From Ophelia neglecta (Eukaryota): a stretch of 64,000 nucleotides of DNA. Where the stretch lies: the NCBI GenBank assembly GCA_965285935.1, contig OZ260665.1, positions 55,676,001-55,740,000 of the forward strand, written 5' to 3'. The notes under the pieces are model-generated. The model was not told where the DNA came from. It did no database searches and saw only the letters and a list, made by a program, of their open reading frames with translations. Both the position numbers and the translations under genes were made by a program. This document shows positions 39,184-52,996 of the stretch, piece by piece; the stretch's first letter is position 1, and each line of letters begins with the position of its first letter.

Positions 39184-42100
39184 ATGAGCTTAAACAGTTC
39201 TTTTGCTCAGTACACGAAGTTTACTTAAAATATCTAATTCAGCCGGGAATTTATTCTCACATCAAATCTAGTTATTGACATAAAGATATTTAGGAGACAG
39301 ATTGATTATCTTATTTCCTCTTAATTTATTACATCTATGTCATGAATCATTAAAGGTGTGTCGTAATACCATGCAGTAAATGAGACCCTGTATAACATTA
39401 GTAAAGCAAAGGCGGGAATTTATCCAAACAGATGAAAGGTATTCCAATCATAAGAAACAATGTGGAAGGGCGTTGTGTATCGAAAGCCTGACGTTCCCAT
39501 AAATTCAGTACTCAATTAACAAATATTAGCTAACTAGCTTCATGTAGTCGACCGAATGCCGTACATGAGCGGTAGGCTACACAGCTGGCCTGTGAGCTCT
39601 AAAGCTTGCTCTCACGATGGTCTTAACGAACTAATGGCAGTCACGTGCTTACTAAAAGCATATTAACGGATTGTATCTATGTTTACTAACTGCACTGACA
39701 ACCAATGTTAAAATTAATATCCCTTAATGAAACTACTAAGCCAATGTATATTAAAGTGCTCGACTAGATGGAATCAGGCTATTAACTGTAAGATGTGAAC
39801 CATTCAGAACAAAGGAAACGTCGTGACCTCGTTACATCAGATATACCAACCACTAACTACATGTGATGGAATACTCTTTAGGCACATCTAAGATGCTCGT
39901 GGAGGACGAACATAAATTTCATACAGTCATGCATAAATTCTGTTGTCTAACTCCTTTTTTTATGATGTTCCAATGCTTCGCACGTTTCAGATAAAGGTTA
40001 CTTTTTGTAGCTCCGCGATTTTTTCCCGTCGCTCTTTGTACTAAGAGCGGTGTTAAGAGAGCACTCATTGTGTTGGCATTATCCGATTTCTTGATAGATA
40101 TGAGAGTAAAACTAACTCACTTTCAAAGTCAGGCGGCCGACCAAAACATGGCAAATCAGCTGCTATTTTTCATTTGTATTGTGACATTTTTCTTCATTCA
40201 CATTGATGAGTTTCCCGTTGACTCAGTTTTTAGAAGAAATCGATATTGTCTTGTTTTCCACGCCAACAAGGCGGGTCTGTTTAGTATCAAGTCAGTATGT
40301 TATCAGAATGACATAGATCTCTACTTGAGATATGGCGTTTGTTCCCGCTGGAGAGTCGAGCAAAATCTTGTTTCCCATCTCCAAGTAGAATGGCGAAGGT
40401 CTGAAGAGTGGCTTCAAGCTTCTTCAGGGGATCAAAGAGTGACCTAGGTCTTACTGGAGGCTCTGCTCACTGGAGGTCTCTTCATGAAAACACCCTTCTG
40501 TGGTTTCCTGGCCTAGTAACTCAACTAGGCCTATTATATGAGATAAGCCTGTCGGTATGGGCCTATATGGGAAATGGCTTTATTTAATTTTCTAGAATTT
40601 TAAAAGGCCTTGAATACACAGAAAAGATTTAGGCGAAAAATCCTGTGCACAGTGGCCTGATTTTATCTGCAACGTTCCTATAACTAAATATCTGAAAACC
40701 ATTCACTTGAGACTCAACTGTTTTATATATAAAACAAGTCAGTGAGCAAAAATATTCACAATTAGGCTTATTACCGACATCAAGTGGTGCACCTGTCTCT
40801 ATAATTATACAACCTAAATCTGTAAATGATTTATATCTTGTTTTAAATAATGACCACTTAACAATGAAAGATGAGTATAATTCAACTGAGAGTATTGTTT
40901 TTTTAACTTAGAAATGATGCCATTGCTGCTAGAGTAATGCCCATATTTACCAATTAAAACGGAACGCTTCGAACGAAAACTGGTTATACGATGAAGCATA
41001 ACAGGCTCAGATACTCATTTATCATCATTTGAATGTCGTTGTGCCAAAAAAAAAAAACACTTTTATAAACTAACATGCAAGCAGAGTGTATTTCGGCATG
41101 ATGCCTTTATGAAGACGGCCTACAATGAAAAATATTTTGAAACGCGTAATACTATAATATAACCACCCTTACGGACGCGTCTAAACCAAAAACTCGATAC
41201 ATTTATATGTCTGACGTTACATTTCTCAAATTGGTCACATTTTGCGATTGTTTCCAACCAATGCCAGCGAAAGGGAGCCAATCAATAAATTCTGAAAATG
41301 TTAAATACACTGGGATTGAATTCCGGAATAGGTCTTGTCAATAATTGAGAGTGCTTACTCCCTCTCAGTATTATTATTAATCTGTTCACAATGTTCACAG
41401 AGTCAAGTTTTCCTCTTTATTGAGGGCATCTTTTGTTGAATTTGGACGTTTTTATGATTATATATAGATGGCGATGAGAGCGCCTTTTCAAGCAGCATCC
41501 AAACATGAAATAAGCTCAAAGGACTAGTCCATAATGTGTCATTGTCGAACCGAATGATAGGGGACAAGGGGGCAAAATACACCCACTGACTATTTTGTGA
41601 ATATTACACGACGATATATACAACTTAAAACCAATAGCATATAATCTAGCCTAAGCCTAGCATCCTCTTCGCTGTCTCAATTTAACAAATACTTGCAACT
41701 ACTCTTTGGAAAACAACCATGGGAAAATTTAAAGGATTTCGAGGAAAAAAACTTCATTGTTTCAGTATATCCTTAGAAGAACAAAGGCAAACACGTTACT
41801 AAAGCATGTTTTTTAACGTCGACGAAGGAATGATGAAATTAAGTTGAGGCTAAGAATCGAAAGCACGAAAATATAATAAAAAGTGGATACGCTTTTTGTT
41901 CCACCTGTGCGATTTACCCCATCTGCCCTTATATGCTCACAGCTTGAAATCACTCATAGTATGAAAACAGTATAAAAGCATACCAGGGTGTCAATAATCC
42001 TATAGGGCCTACCGCTAAATTTATAGATTTGGATTGGTGCGTAAAAATACGTTATATTTGTGATAATTGGCACAGCATGTAATTACTACTGTGTTTGGGA

Positions 42101-42902
42101 GTGGTGTCATGGTTTCAAATTTGGGACTCGACTATCGCTAGTACATATGAAATGTGAATTAACCTCATGGTACGCGGAACACACAAGAAAATCAGCACGG
42201 TGGCTATACTTTCCAAAGCTCATAGCTAGCCAAATGCGTTGAGCCAGAATAGCCTAGTGTTTTATTGGATTTAGGTCATATATTTCGCGTTCATATAATC
42301 GAGTGCTCAGAATTGAATTGATTTAATTATAAGCCAACGGGCAAATAGTGTAAGCTGATTTTTTTTTACTGACAATACACCTATAATCATTGTCGAGATT
42401 CTTTTCATCCATTTTAAACGGCAGTGAAATGCGCCCACTATTATGTAAACTTGTGACGTTAGGCGGCCCGCTCCATATATTTGATCAAATTAGTTAAAAT
42501 TCTGAATGCCAAGCTACTAGTAGGACTAGATTTCTAAACCACTTTTCACCTACACCACTTACAGGCACGCCACTTAGACCATCACAGAATCTCCAAGGGT
42601 ATATTTCATCTCCGTCATACGTTGACAACTGACTCATTTGTTTTGTGTTCTGGCCTTCATCATCGGAAATTGCGTGGTTACTAGACTACTTCTCATTGCA
42701 AGTGATATGAAGTCTTTGTTTTCATTTATTATAGTGTGCATTAAAAGTTTATTATTTACTCTTTATCAATGTGCGTGGGGCTGTTGCCGCTGGTTCCTGA
42801 TGATGTCACGCCGATTCACCGGAACATTCTAGATTAATGATTTGGCCTTGTCTGCGCGGTATACACTCCCGTTTTTATTAGATAACTGGGGTGAGGTTGA
42901 TT

Positions 42903-42931
42903 TGTGTGTGTGTGTGGGGGGGGGGGGGGGG
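42903..42931. repeat. (TG)n microsatellite followed by poly-G
   Basis: Directly visible. The inverse arrangement, poly-C then (CA)n, occurs at about 62350-62380. Confidence 0.8.
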
Positions 42932-45900
42932 CTAGGAGATTACTTATAAGATCAATATGAAAATACAGGTCATCAGCGGACCCACAGAAATAGCTTTGAG
43001 ATAACTGCGATCTCCGTTTGATGCGTGCACCTTGGCTGAGACCAACTTGAACAGAAGGTATAAGCGCAAAAAGATATTTAAACGCCGAGAACGCTTGCGA
43101 AAGCGCCGTAAACATAGCCGTATAACGAAAAATCTGACCTCGCCTTTGGTGGTTGCTAGGTTACCAATTTTAATGGTGTACCTTACCCCTTTTATAAAAG
43201 GGGCAAGAACTCCATTTCATGACATTTCAAACATGGTATGATCAGATGATAGGCCTACTTCTGCTAACCAGTTTCAACTCAAAAGTTTCCAGTGACATTT
43301 AAATTTGGACTAGGCCTGTATAAAATTAGGCCTTTTATAATAACATCAATGTTTCTCGAAATGTAGCCAACCATATTACCTTTTGCCCCTGAGTAAATAT
43401 GAGTCACCTTAATTTGTTTTCTGTTTGCAGCAAACATGTTGCCTATGTCTCTTATCTGTTGATTGATCTGCACTGGGTGCTAGTAGTATCCTGACTGTTA
43501 TTGAAAGAATGTGGCCTCCTTATTAATGCATATTACTGGTTTGTCCCGAGACAACTATTAGTGTGCATACACGAACTTTACTTCGAATCCCATTTTCACT
43601 TATCGGAAGTGGGTTACTGCTAGCGTTTCACAGTTTGTAAATAAACAAACATGATGGTAGTAAAGTACTGACACATGCACCTGTAGTTTCCAGATGATCT
43701 ACTTAGTGTTGAATTAATGGTACACTATTTCTTAGTTTTCAAAAGCAGTAAGTCTATTTAGATGGATTGAGATGTAGGACTGAAGTAGGTTCCATTTTTC
43801 ACTACAAGGCAAACAACACTGTAATGTCAGTATTATTGTAGGCCTATAGATCTATATAACTTAGTTGATCTTCAATAGCAATTATTAATTTTCTAATAAT
43901 TAACTTTTGATGGAAACGGCAATTAGTTTTTTTTGAAGATTTCTGCAAGTCTTAAATACCAAAAAATGTGTCCTACCTGCTTTCTGTAATAATAACTTGG
44001 ACATTGGGTGTTATATTCTACTAGGGAGAGGGAGGGGGGGGGGGTCATTTCTCCAGTTTTGGAGTTAATTTTATGCCCCCAACCACCCCCACCCCACCCC
44101 CACAAGGTTCCATGCCAACTATAATCCCCCTCCCCCCCCCCCAATCAGAGACCCCACTGATAATATCACATGTCCATTTTATATGATAATTCCTCATTGG
44201 TACAGAATACAATATTGCTAATGGGACGATTACAAATTGTCCCATAAGGCCAAATTAGTATTTGTGCAACACACTTTCCCCTACAAATAAATTAACTACT
44301 GCCTATATAAGAAGTACTAGATGAATAATGGCATTTTAATGAATACTTCCAAGTTAATAAAGTTGTTGTATAGAAAGTATATTAAAACGTTTTGTAGGAA
44401 AACCAGGCCAGTCTCACTCCTTTTGTGTATTCACGCTCCTGCACCATCCAATTTCTTGATCCATGTATACATTCTCATTAAACTAAACCAGACTTTTTTT
44501 AAATTTTAATCATTTGTATTAATATTTCAATACTTTTTGTTTTGAATACTGCTTACCATAACTTGAATCTGTAGGTTTGAAATTGTAATAAACGAGTAAC
44601 TAATCTAGGAATTACATTGAAATCGGTGAACAAACTTATCAGTTTCTCTTGAAACAAAATTTGGTTCTTTTATTGATTCATATGCAATGACAAACACAAT
44701 TAATAATTAAAACCAACTCTCTTTTGCAGGGACTCATGTGGCTACCCAGAAGGCTTATATATCTGGCAAACAGACTTAGGATTTGGTGGAAAGACAACAT
44801 ACTTAAAATGACAAATTTCTAGTCATTTAAAAAGGTACGCATATTTTACAACATGTAAGTTTCTTGTATGTTTATACTTTTTTCAAAATTATATAACAAG
44901 TAATTTTGTGACTTTATACCTTTCACAAAAGGGAAAATCTAATATTCCAGCAAACCTATGAAAGGGGCCAACACAGTTTGTATCAGGATTATCCCACACT
45001 AAACACCATCCTGGATCTCAGGGGAAAAAGACCATGTTTTATTAGAGTAAGTATTAATGAAAAAAAAATATACACTCATATTATGGGACATGCCATTGAT
45101 GCAACATATTGTTTGTTACATTTCTCAGAGAATTTTCAATTGAATTGCTGTTGTTTTCTTCTTAAAACTGTTAGTAGACTGAAATAAGTTGAATGATTTA
45201 AATAAGAAGAATTCCTTGAATTATGAATTCAATAATTGCTATGTTCAGTCACTACCAAAACCAGACATATAAGTCATTATTAGTAGGAATTTCAGTTACT
45301 GTATTTTGGGTATATGATCTGGATACAAACAACTGATATCCCAACAACTCACTTTTATTGTATCATGAGCCATGCCAATTCTTCATTTGGGTGGCAACTT
45401 TATTTTGCAACATTTACTCAGGACTTAAGTATGTGACTGTTATTTTGTATACCTAATTTTTATTATTTATAGTGTTGGCTGAAACAATGTGTAAAGTTAC
45501 AATACAAGTTGGGAGCACAGACTCTAAAAGAGAGCTCTAATTACCATATAGTGGTAGTTGTCAGGGTATTGAAAGGTCTTTTATCCCACACCATTTAAGG
45601 TTCTTATGTTGAATTGTCTTTCAGCGTATTCTGTTTAGCAATTTTGGAATCAGCTTCATCCACAAACCTCTCTTCTTACTCCCAGCCCTAAATTGAATTA
45701 GGCTAATGACCATGTTAAGGTATTTTCCAATAGCATGATCAATATATAACTGGCTCAGTGAGCATTTAAGGAAGTGAGCTACTTGTTCAATTTATAAGTA
45801 GGGTTGCAGGGTGTGTGATTAAAGGTACCATTACAAATTGATTCTTTTAGGCAGGGTGATTTCTCTGAGAGACTATCATTAGTAAGGCAGATGATTATCA

Positions 45901-47419
45901 ATCTTAACAATTGTTGACTCAAAAATTGTCTTCGGTGGTCGAAAATGAACTAGTTAATTTAGTGGCCAGATTATTCTACGATGGAGGCTGTCTGCCAAGG
46001 CAGATAACCACACTCAGCATTCAATCAACAGGCAATCACCCTCCAATTTAATCCTGCTTCTGCTGGAGTGATGACCAGTGATGGCCCGCAGAAGGGCAGC
46101 GAGGCTCTGCATGGCAGGGCGGGTCAAGTCACTGCCAGAAATGGGCAAGGCAGCACCGAGCACATTATATAGTCTGCTTTCATGTAACGGAACAAATCAA
46201 TTGCAAAACTCGCTTTAAACCATTCACCGATGTCAAGTGTTTTATACAGATTGTCAAACTCATTATTTTCATCAGTCTATATTAGACTGCCTATGATAAT
46301 AATTCTTGTATTTCTGTTTCAGTAACTGTTATTCAAGGGAAGCAACAAGCAGTTCCTTTTATTGTGTATTCATATACAAAAAAATAATCAGAGTTTTTAC
46401 AGAACATGGGATGAAACTGGCTTTTTTGATGGCAGATAATGACTACCAGCAATATGGCTATGCTCTCCTTTGATGGTCATAGCTGACATAGTGGGGAAAT
46501 ATAACATACAGCTGGTCATATTTTCCCAGCAACCAGATTAAACAACAATATGAAGAATCCCAATCAACAACAGTAAGGATGATTTCTGCTTGTTTGTATT
46601 GACTGGCTTTTTGAGCTCACATATCAATTTATTGAGCTTGACAATTAAATAACAAAACAGGTGTTAAAGAAGCACAGAGAAATAGGCAATTATATATGTC
46701 CTACCATATTTAATTGCGTTTCATTTAACTGCTGCTTTTTTTGTCTGGTGTCGGATGTCTGCATTCCTTTGTCGCCCAAGAACCTTTGCAGATTTTTGCA
46801 TGTTAAGAGCCGCTAATATATACTGCTGTGGGATTGCTTTATTGAACTATTAAAAAAAAAGATCACCATTGGCTTGAAACCTTCTTCCTTGGTCGTGCAT
46901 AATTTTTCGAAGTTGTAATCAAAGGGTATTGAGAGACAATTCTAAAACTGCTTGTTACATCTGTGTCCAAACCAAAACGGGAGTGCATACCCGGGAGACA
47001 GGGCAAAAAAAATTAATCAAGAGCAGTCCATTAATTGGGACCGAATTCATTAGGGACCATTCTGGAAGCACAGATCAGAGGCCAAATAATGACTAAAAAG
47101 TGCAGTTGTATCTCAAAGGAGTGCCTATGACGAAGGCCATCCTAAGAAGTTTTTAGTAATGGATTTGTATCCGAGTCCTCCATGATGTTACTAAGGAAGA
47201 TATGTTCTATGTTAATTTCGCAGATATCTGTTAGTAATAGAAGCAGTAATTTTTAGGTTTATACAGATCTTTATGGTGATTTGGAACCATATTTGCTTTC
47301 CGACAGGTGTTACCTGACAATGGATTAGTGGATAGCTAGAAATGAACCATGCTTTTGCGCTATTTCCCCACGGCTCTCCTTTAGAACTTTAGGTGGATGG
47401 TCATCCGGCCTTGCCTCGA

Positions 47420-47520
47420 AATAACTTCCGATATTTGAATAATATCTTTTGAACTAATTTCAGTAGTGGTAGTTAAAAACAAAAGCGGGAGTGAATACCC
47501 GGCAGACAAGCAAACAAGCA
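47420..47520 (+). mobile_element. Probable degenerate Crypton-type (tyrosine recombinase/DUF3504-associated) fragment
   Basis: Frameshifted LNNI..NFVVVVKNKSGSEYPAD resembles the FvxEvRKKDGsEYpp motif of Crypton/ZMYM/KCTD1-type sequences. Similar DNA occurs inverted at about 27120-27170. Confidence 0.4.
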
Positions 47521-50500
47521 CCACAAATATCAATCCCAAGTCCCTCAAGTTGTAAGGCGAGGTATATGTGCAAAGACCAGCCCTGCTGTTTCAGGAATGA
47601 AAACAGAGGCAAATTGTAAATGTAGGGCTCGTACCATACACTTCGCAGTTGGTTGCATCTAGACCTTCCCGTCGGGTTTTAATATGTGGCTTCCTGCCGA
47701 ATTTTGTCTTTTGGAATTGCTATGACAAAAGAAAGGTTTCTTCCAGTCCTGTCTTCTGCTGAACTTACCATGTTGTTAATGCATGTCCTGCATTATTTGA
47801 CGCGCGCACTCTGACATATTTGGAGTGATTATTGTGAAATTTGACTCATAATTCTTGTATCTAATAGAACTTGTTGGACACATTTGTTTTCTGAGATTCT
47901 TTGTTTGTTTTGTTTGCCATGGCAGATGGTAACGCCAGCCTGTTGTTTTTTCAGTATTTTATGTTCCAATTTCCGATTTACATACACGGAGTTTTCTGCT
48001 TGGAGGCAACTATTCTTGTTCAGGTTTGAATCTGTTTTTATGCTCCCAAATCTGCCTTAACTTATGTCTCCAACACTATCACCTGCTCGTACATAGTCAG
48101 TGAAGCCGCAAATTAAACCAGCAAGTTTCAAAACTCCCCTCCAACTTTAATGGTGACATTTGCGTGTTTGTAATGTACATCTTGCAGTGAGTCATCAAAC
48201 ACTTGTAATGATTGCAATGGGTTGGCGGAGGGCTAGTAATAATAACCAACTTATATTTGCTTACTATTTTTTTCCTTCAATGGCATCTCAGATTCTTGTC
48301 TTTTGTATATTGCATGCCTAGCAAAGCGTGTAACCTTCAGTGCAACTTACATTCTTCCAGGTTTGGGCAGTGTCAATGTTATTAATCTGCTCACATCATC
48401 ACAGTCATGGCGTATTAACTAATCTGTGCTTTGAAACGCCTCTATATCAGGGAAAGCAATAGAGGTGGTCTGCCAATGGTTACTGAAAGCATTGGACACT
48501 GGTAAAAGGCAAACAGTTTTGATGAAGTGTGCAAAATAAATAGTATGCAAAATAAGTAGAAGTTGCAATTGGATATAGCTGGAACTGATGCAGTGTCTTT
48601 GTGAGTGTTTCGCGACAAGGTGCTATGTTTTAGACTGAACTGCACAATTCGTAAATGCAAAAAATCATGGGTTCTGCTGCTAACGGACTGTTTTATCATC
48701 GCCGTGATTGCACTCGTCAAGTGACAACTTTACTTAGATGACATTGATAAATCATGCAAATTGGTCTGTACGTTATTAGTATGGATCTTTTTACTCTATT
48801 GTTTTTTTACTTGTTGATTGACAGTTACTGTAGTACCATTATTGTCATATCCTGAAGCGAGGTAGTCACACAAGTATTGAGTATACTGTTCAACATTTTC
48901 CATGCTGTGTACATTAAAAGTGTAAGTTATTGCCAAGTTGCCAGGGTTGTTAATTTACAAGTGAACTTTCATTATTTTAATCATCATAATTTTAATATTA
49001 GCACTGTTAAGCCTGCAACCCACTCTTTCATGACTGAAAGCAAGTAACGTATCTTCATTCACAGTAGAATGCAGGTATATGCATTATTTGGCCATCTCAT
49101 TCAAACTGAAGTTCCGGGGGGAATATTTATTAATTTTCTTTAAGCTACTCTTCAAAAGATGTGCAGGAACAACATTTTACACTGTTTGCTGTGGTAACAA
49201 ATGCCTGAAATCCGCCAAACAACTATTCACAAACATCCAGATGATTATTTGCTATGACATGTGCGTTCTAAAGTATGCAATGTTAGAAAATGTCCATGGG
49301 GGAGGAGGATTCTCGGTCTAGGACAGCCATGCCGAAAGCTGGATATAAAACCCTGTTTGGCCAATATTTAGAAAATCCTCTAGAAATACTCCCCAAGGTG
49401 GAATCCCGTGGAATTTTTTTTTGCCATCACTGTACAACAAAGAACAGTTTAAAACAGAGTGGTTATTGGCTTAAATTGCTGGGTCCAAGTCAGTTTCAAC
49501 TGGACTAAATAGGACAGCATGCTTAGGGCACCTTATCAGGTTCTCAAATTTGATGTCCATTTTGACATCAAAACGGAAAAAGTCATGATTTTTGCCTTTA
49601 TCTTAACAGCTAGAGCCTAGAACTAAATAAGGAATTTATATATAACCACATTTCATTTTCTTATCGAGTTTTCAGACGTTAGAGTTGAATGAGCCACATA
49701 CTCTTGTCAGTCTAGCCATCTGTTTACATAGCATTCACAATTTGCTGGAGGTTAATTGTTCAGTTCCTGAGGCTAATTAGGTTGCATGTGATAATGTGAA
49801 ACCAGTTATTTTGTTCCCCATTGTTGAATCAGTCAATGTCCGCTATTAAATAGGACATTAAATAAATCCTGTTAAACCAATTACATGTATATAAATATCA
49901 TTCTCACTGCGATGACATTTTAGTCTGTCCTGGTAGTATTTTGAGCTTGTTTAAACTAGAAAGAAATTCCCTTAGAGTTATCAAAAAGGCACCAGTCTGC
50001 TTACTGATAATGGAAGAATAACTTTATTTGTTGTCAAGTAAGTCTAGGTGATTACATAAAATAATAAGATGCACCTGTGGCAGAGATATAAAGTCATAAT
50101 TTGGAAATGATATATTAGCTATATACAGGACCGAAACGCGGCTGTCGGACTTATTGACAAAAAAAGACTGATGGACTAAGGAGTTTTCTCCGATTCAGAC
50201 TTCCTATCAGTACATGTATATTCCAGGCTAAAGTCCTTGTAACTAAATTCCTGCGTTCCTCCTCCATGAACAGACGTTATAAAGGATGAAATTGATTTGC
50301 GGGTCTTCCGTATATCATATGTCAATACTATTATTGTAATGAAATGGATCTTAGTGACCGAACCGACTATATCAGATAGGGGGTGGTGAGATGCTGGCAT
50401 CTTGGATATGTGAACAGCGACCCCCACACCTCCATAAACATTACCCAAGACTTTACGGTTTATTCCTTCAGCAATGTGAATAAGCTGCTGTTGGTTAGAG

Positions 50501-52921
50501 CATTTAGACTAAAATGAAATCCAAGGACAACCGTTACCTCATGCGGGACTTTGAACAAGTGTGGTTTCTCTAATTTGATTGCGAAGCAATAGAACTGTTA
50601 CTTCTCACTAGGGCTATTTGGGAGTATTTATTAGTCGAAACTCTGGTAGCAGTGGATAGAAATCCAATTGCCTTTGATTAAATTGTTTGGTAAAATAAAC
50701 AATATTTCAATAAAGACATAAGACATGAAGTGGGATTGGTTAATGACACATTTGTTTTTTAACTTCTAGTTCTACCTTGTTATGAATGTTTTTATAGGTA
50801 CGTCAATGAAAGCGTGTCCCCATAAAGTGTTACACATAAAAAGCTTGGAATATAATGCCTAACCATGTTTATACAAAATATGACTTTTTTTTTACAAACT
50901 ACCGTTATTCCTTTACACAGGTTGTATAAAGGAACGTAGCTTTAGCAGCCTACCCCTCCCCCCTCCCCCTCCCCCCCCCATTTGTTTTTGACGGTATCCG
51001 CAAACAAGGTTCCTAAATGACGGAAGGGTATCCCGAAAAAAAGGGCAGAAACTATAATATAGAATAAAGATGATCCAGTCCTGACGATAAACTAGTCGAT
51101 GGTTGAGTAACTCTACCTGAATATATTACGGTTTGGGTCGGAACAACAGGACCCTGGCCTAACACACAAGTCGATTGTCTGACATCACTCCACATCCAAA
51201 ACCCGTATAATTGTACAGACCTAACCCAATATAGTATGCGTCGGCACGAAGCAAGACAAGTTTGATCGGTGTATCTCATACCCAATCTAAAGTGCTTTTA
51301 ATAGTTCGTGTAAGTTAAATCAAAGCACCCTGGGCTTGACGGCGCCTCAAAAAATTAGACTCGTTCTTGTTCATGCGGGAGAGGAGTGCACATGTTTTTG
51401 CTTATCTCTTCTTCCTTCTCTACTAATTGGCTACAAAATTGAAATGTTGCAGTTTCACACTTATGTGATTCCTCATCGGCCTAAGATTAAGTTTAATTTT
51501 GCAATATTGAAGTATTAACATCAACTGAGAACATTAAATGTTGATTGCCCATCCCTCCCCTTGATACCTTCCCCCAATACCCATCCGCCAGCCCCAACCG
51601 TGCTTGGTCAAGGTTTTCTTCATTAAGTACAGCAGTAGATTCGTACTTTGTGAGATATCGTCACCATAGGTTTGGTATTTTTAAAACAGGCTCCTGGACG
51701 CTGTTGACTTGTGTGGGTTCAGTTTTGCCCTGCATAGGGTGCATAGGTTGTTGATAGTGCAATATTATATATAATACTAATCACTTTAACAAAATTACTG
51801 ATATAAGAAGGTGCAAATCGATTAACTTACTCGAAACAAGATATAAGGTAAGAAAATTGAGTCTCTTCTCAACAGACAGCCGTGATTAATTCTTGTAGAA
51901 ACCTTTGTGTTTTTAGGGGTGCAGTTCATAAACACAAACTATGGCCTATTTTCAACACATTGCAAACGCTTTTTTGTGTATGCAGACACGTCAGAAAACC
52001 CAAATTTGCAGAAATAGTCATTGTTAGACTGTATATAAGAAAAATAGACCGTAGGGCCCTATAACACATCCCTGGGGTTTGACCTTGCAACCACAGAATA
52101 GAGTGAGAACACAAGAAGTTTCTTTGGAATACAAAATCAGCAGCCCACAAAGTCTTTATCACGTCAGCAGCGATATCTTTAAGAAGATAATGAGGAAATA
52201 GTTTGTGCTACGGATTAAGGAAAGTTTTTGGTACCTTTCTTCTGTGCAAGGCCATATTTTAAAGGAGTCATTATACGTAATATGTTGTGTATTATACTAG
52301 TTCAATCAGAACAGTACAATTCATACCCTCCCTTCTTGAGCTATTTATTGGTATCTGACGCCTCACACTTGCATGCTCCCAGGTTTGAACATCACACCAC
52401 TCTACTGATGTCTATAACTAGATCAAGAGCAGCACACAACGACTTAATGCTGAAATAATGTCGGGTTGTTACGTGTGCTCAACTAGTGTTACAGATTTAT
52501 TGTAACCGCACTCAAATCGTGCATAAAAACGCCTCGGTGGGTTAGAAATTCTGCTAGATATGTATCGACTTTCTGCAAACACGGAATTAAAAGCCATAAG
52601 ATAAGTTGCTGTATACTAGGTAGCCTGGTGGTCATACTAATTATAATTGGAACGACGACCAGAACATTATCATTTATAGTGCTGCATTTATAGAGACTCT
52701 GACTCCATATATGTTTATAGGTCATTTGTTATAGGATATGGTTACTGTCTCGGTGTGTCTTTTCATATATAGACTTACAACGCCTCATTTGTCACTTTCA
52801 GCCGAAAGCATTTCCATGGGGAAATATGAGCCTTTTAAGATGGCTGCTTAATTCTATGACATGTCATATCGGCAAAGAAATATGTAGGCCTACTATATAC
52901 TCAATTTTCGGAAGCTTAAAG

Positions 52922-52996
52922 TAACGGAAAGTATGCGACAAGTGGTTGAGGTCTTTAAGGTTTAACTCTGAGGTCCTGGCTGCATACTTTCCGTTA
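52922..52996. repeat. Perfect 15-bp inverted repeat with 45-nt spacer
   Basis: taacggaaagtatgc (52922-52936) and gcatactttccgtta (52982-52996). Confidence 0.8.

Noticed and set aside
40070-40447. 125-aa plus-strand ORF with a hydrophobic stretch
   Set aside because: No recognisable domain and no supporting exon chain. It is not usable as the nAChR signal exon because it is on the wrong strand.
44025-44142. G-run and C-run clusters (also 14081-14108 and 50953-50979) as functional G-quadruplexes
   Set aside because: Low-complexity homopolymer tracts are common throughout this window, and nothing indicates function.
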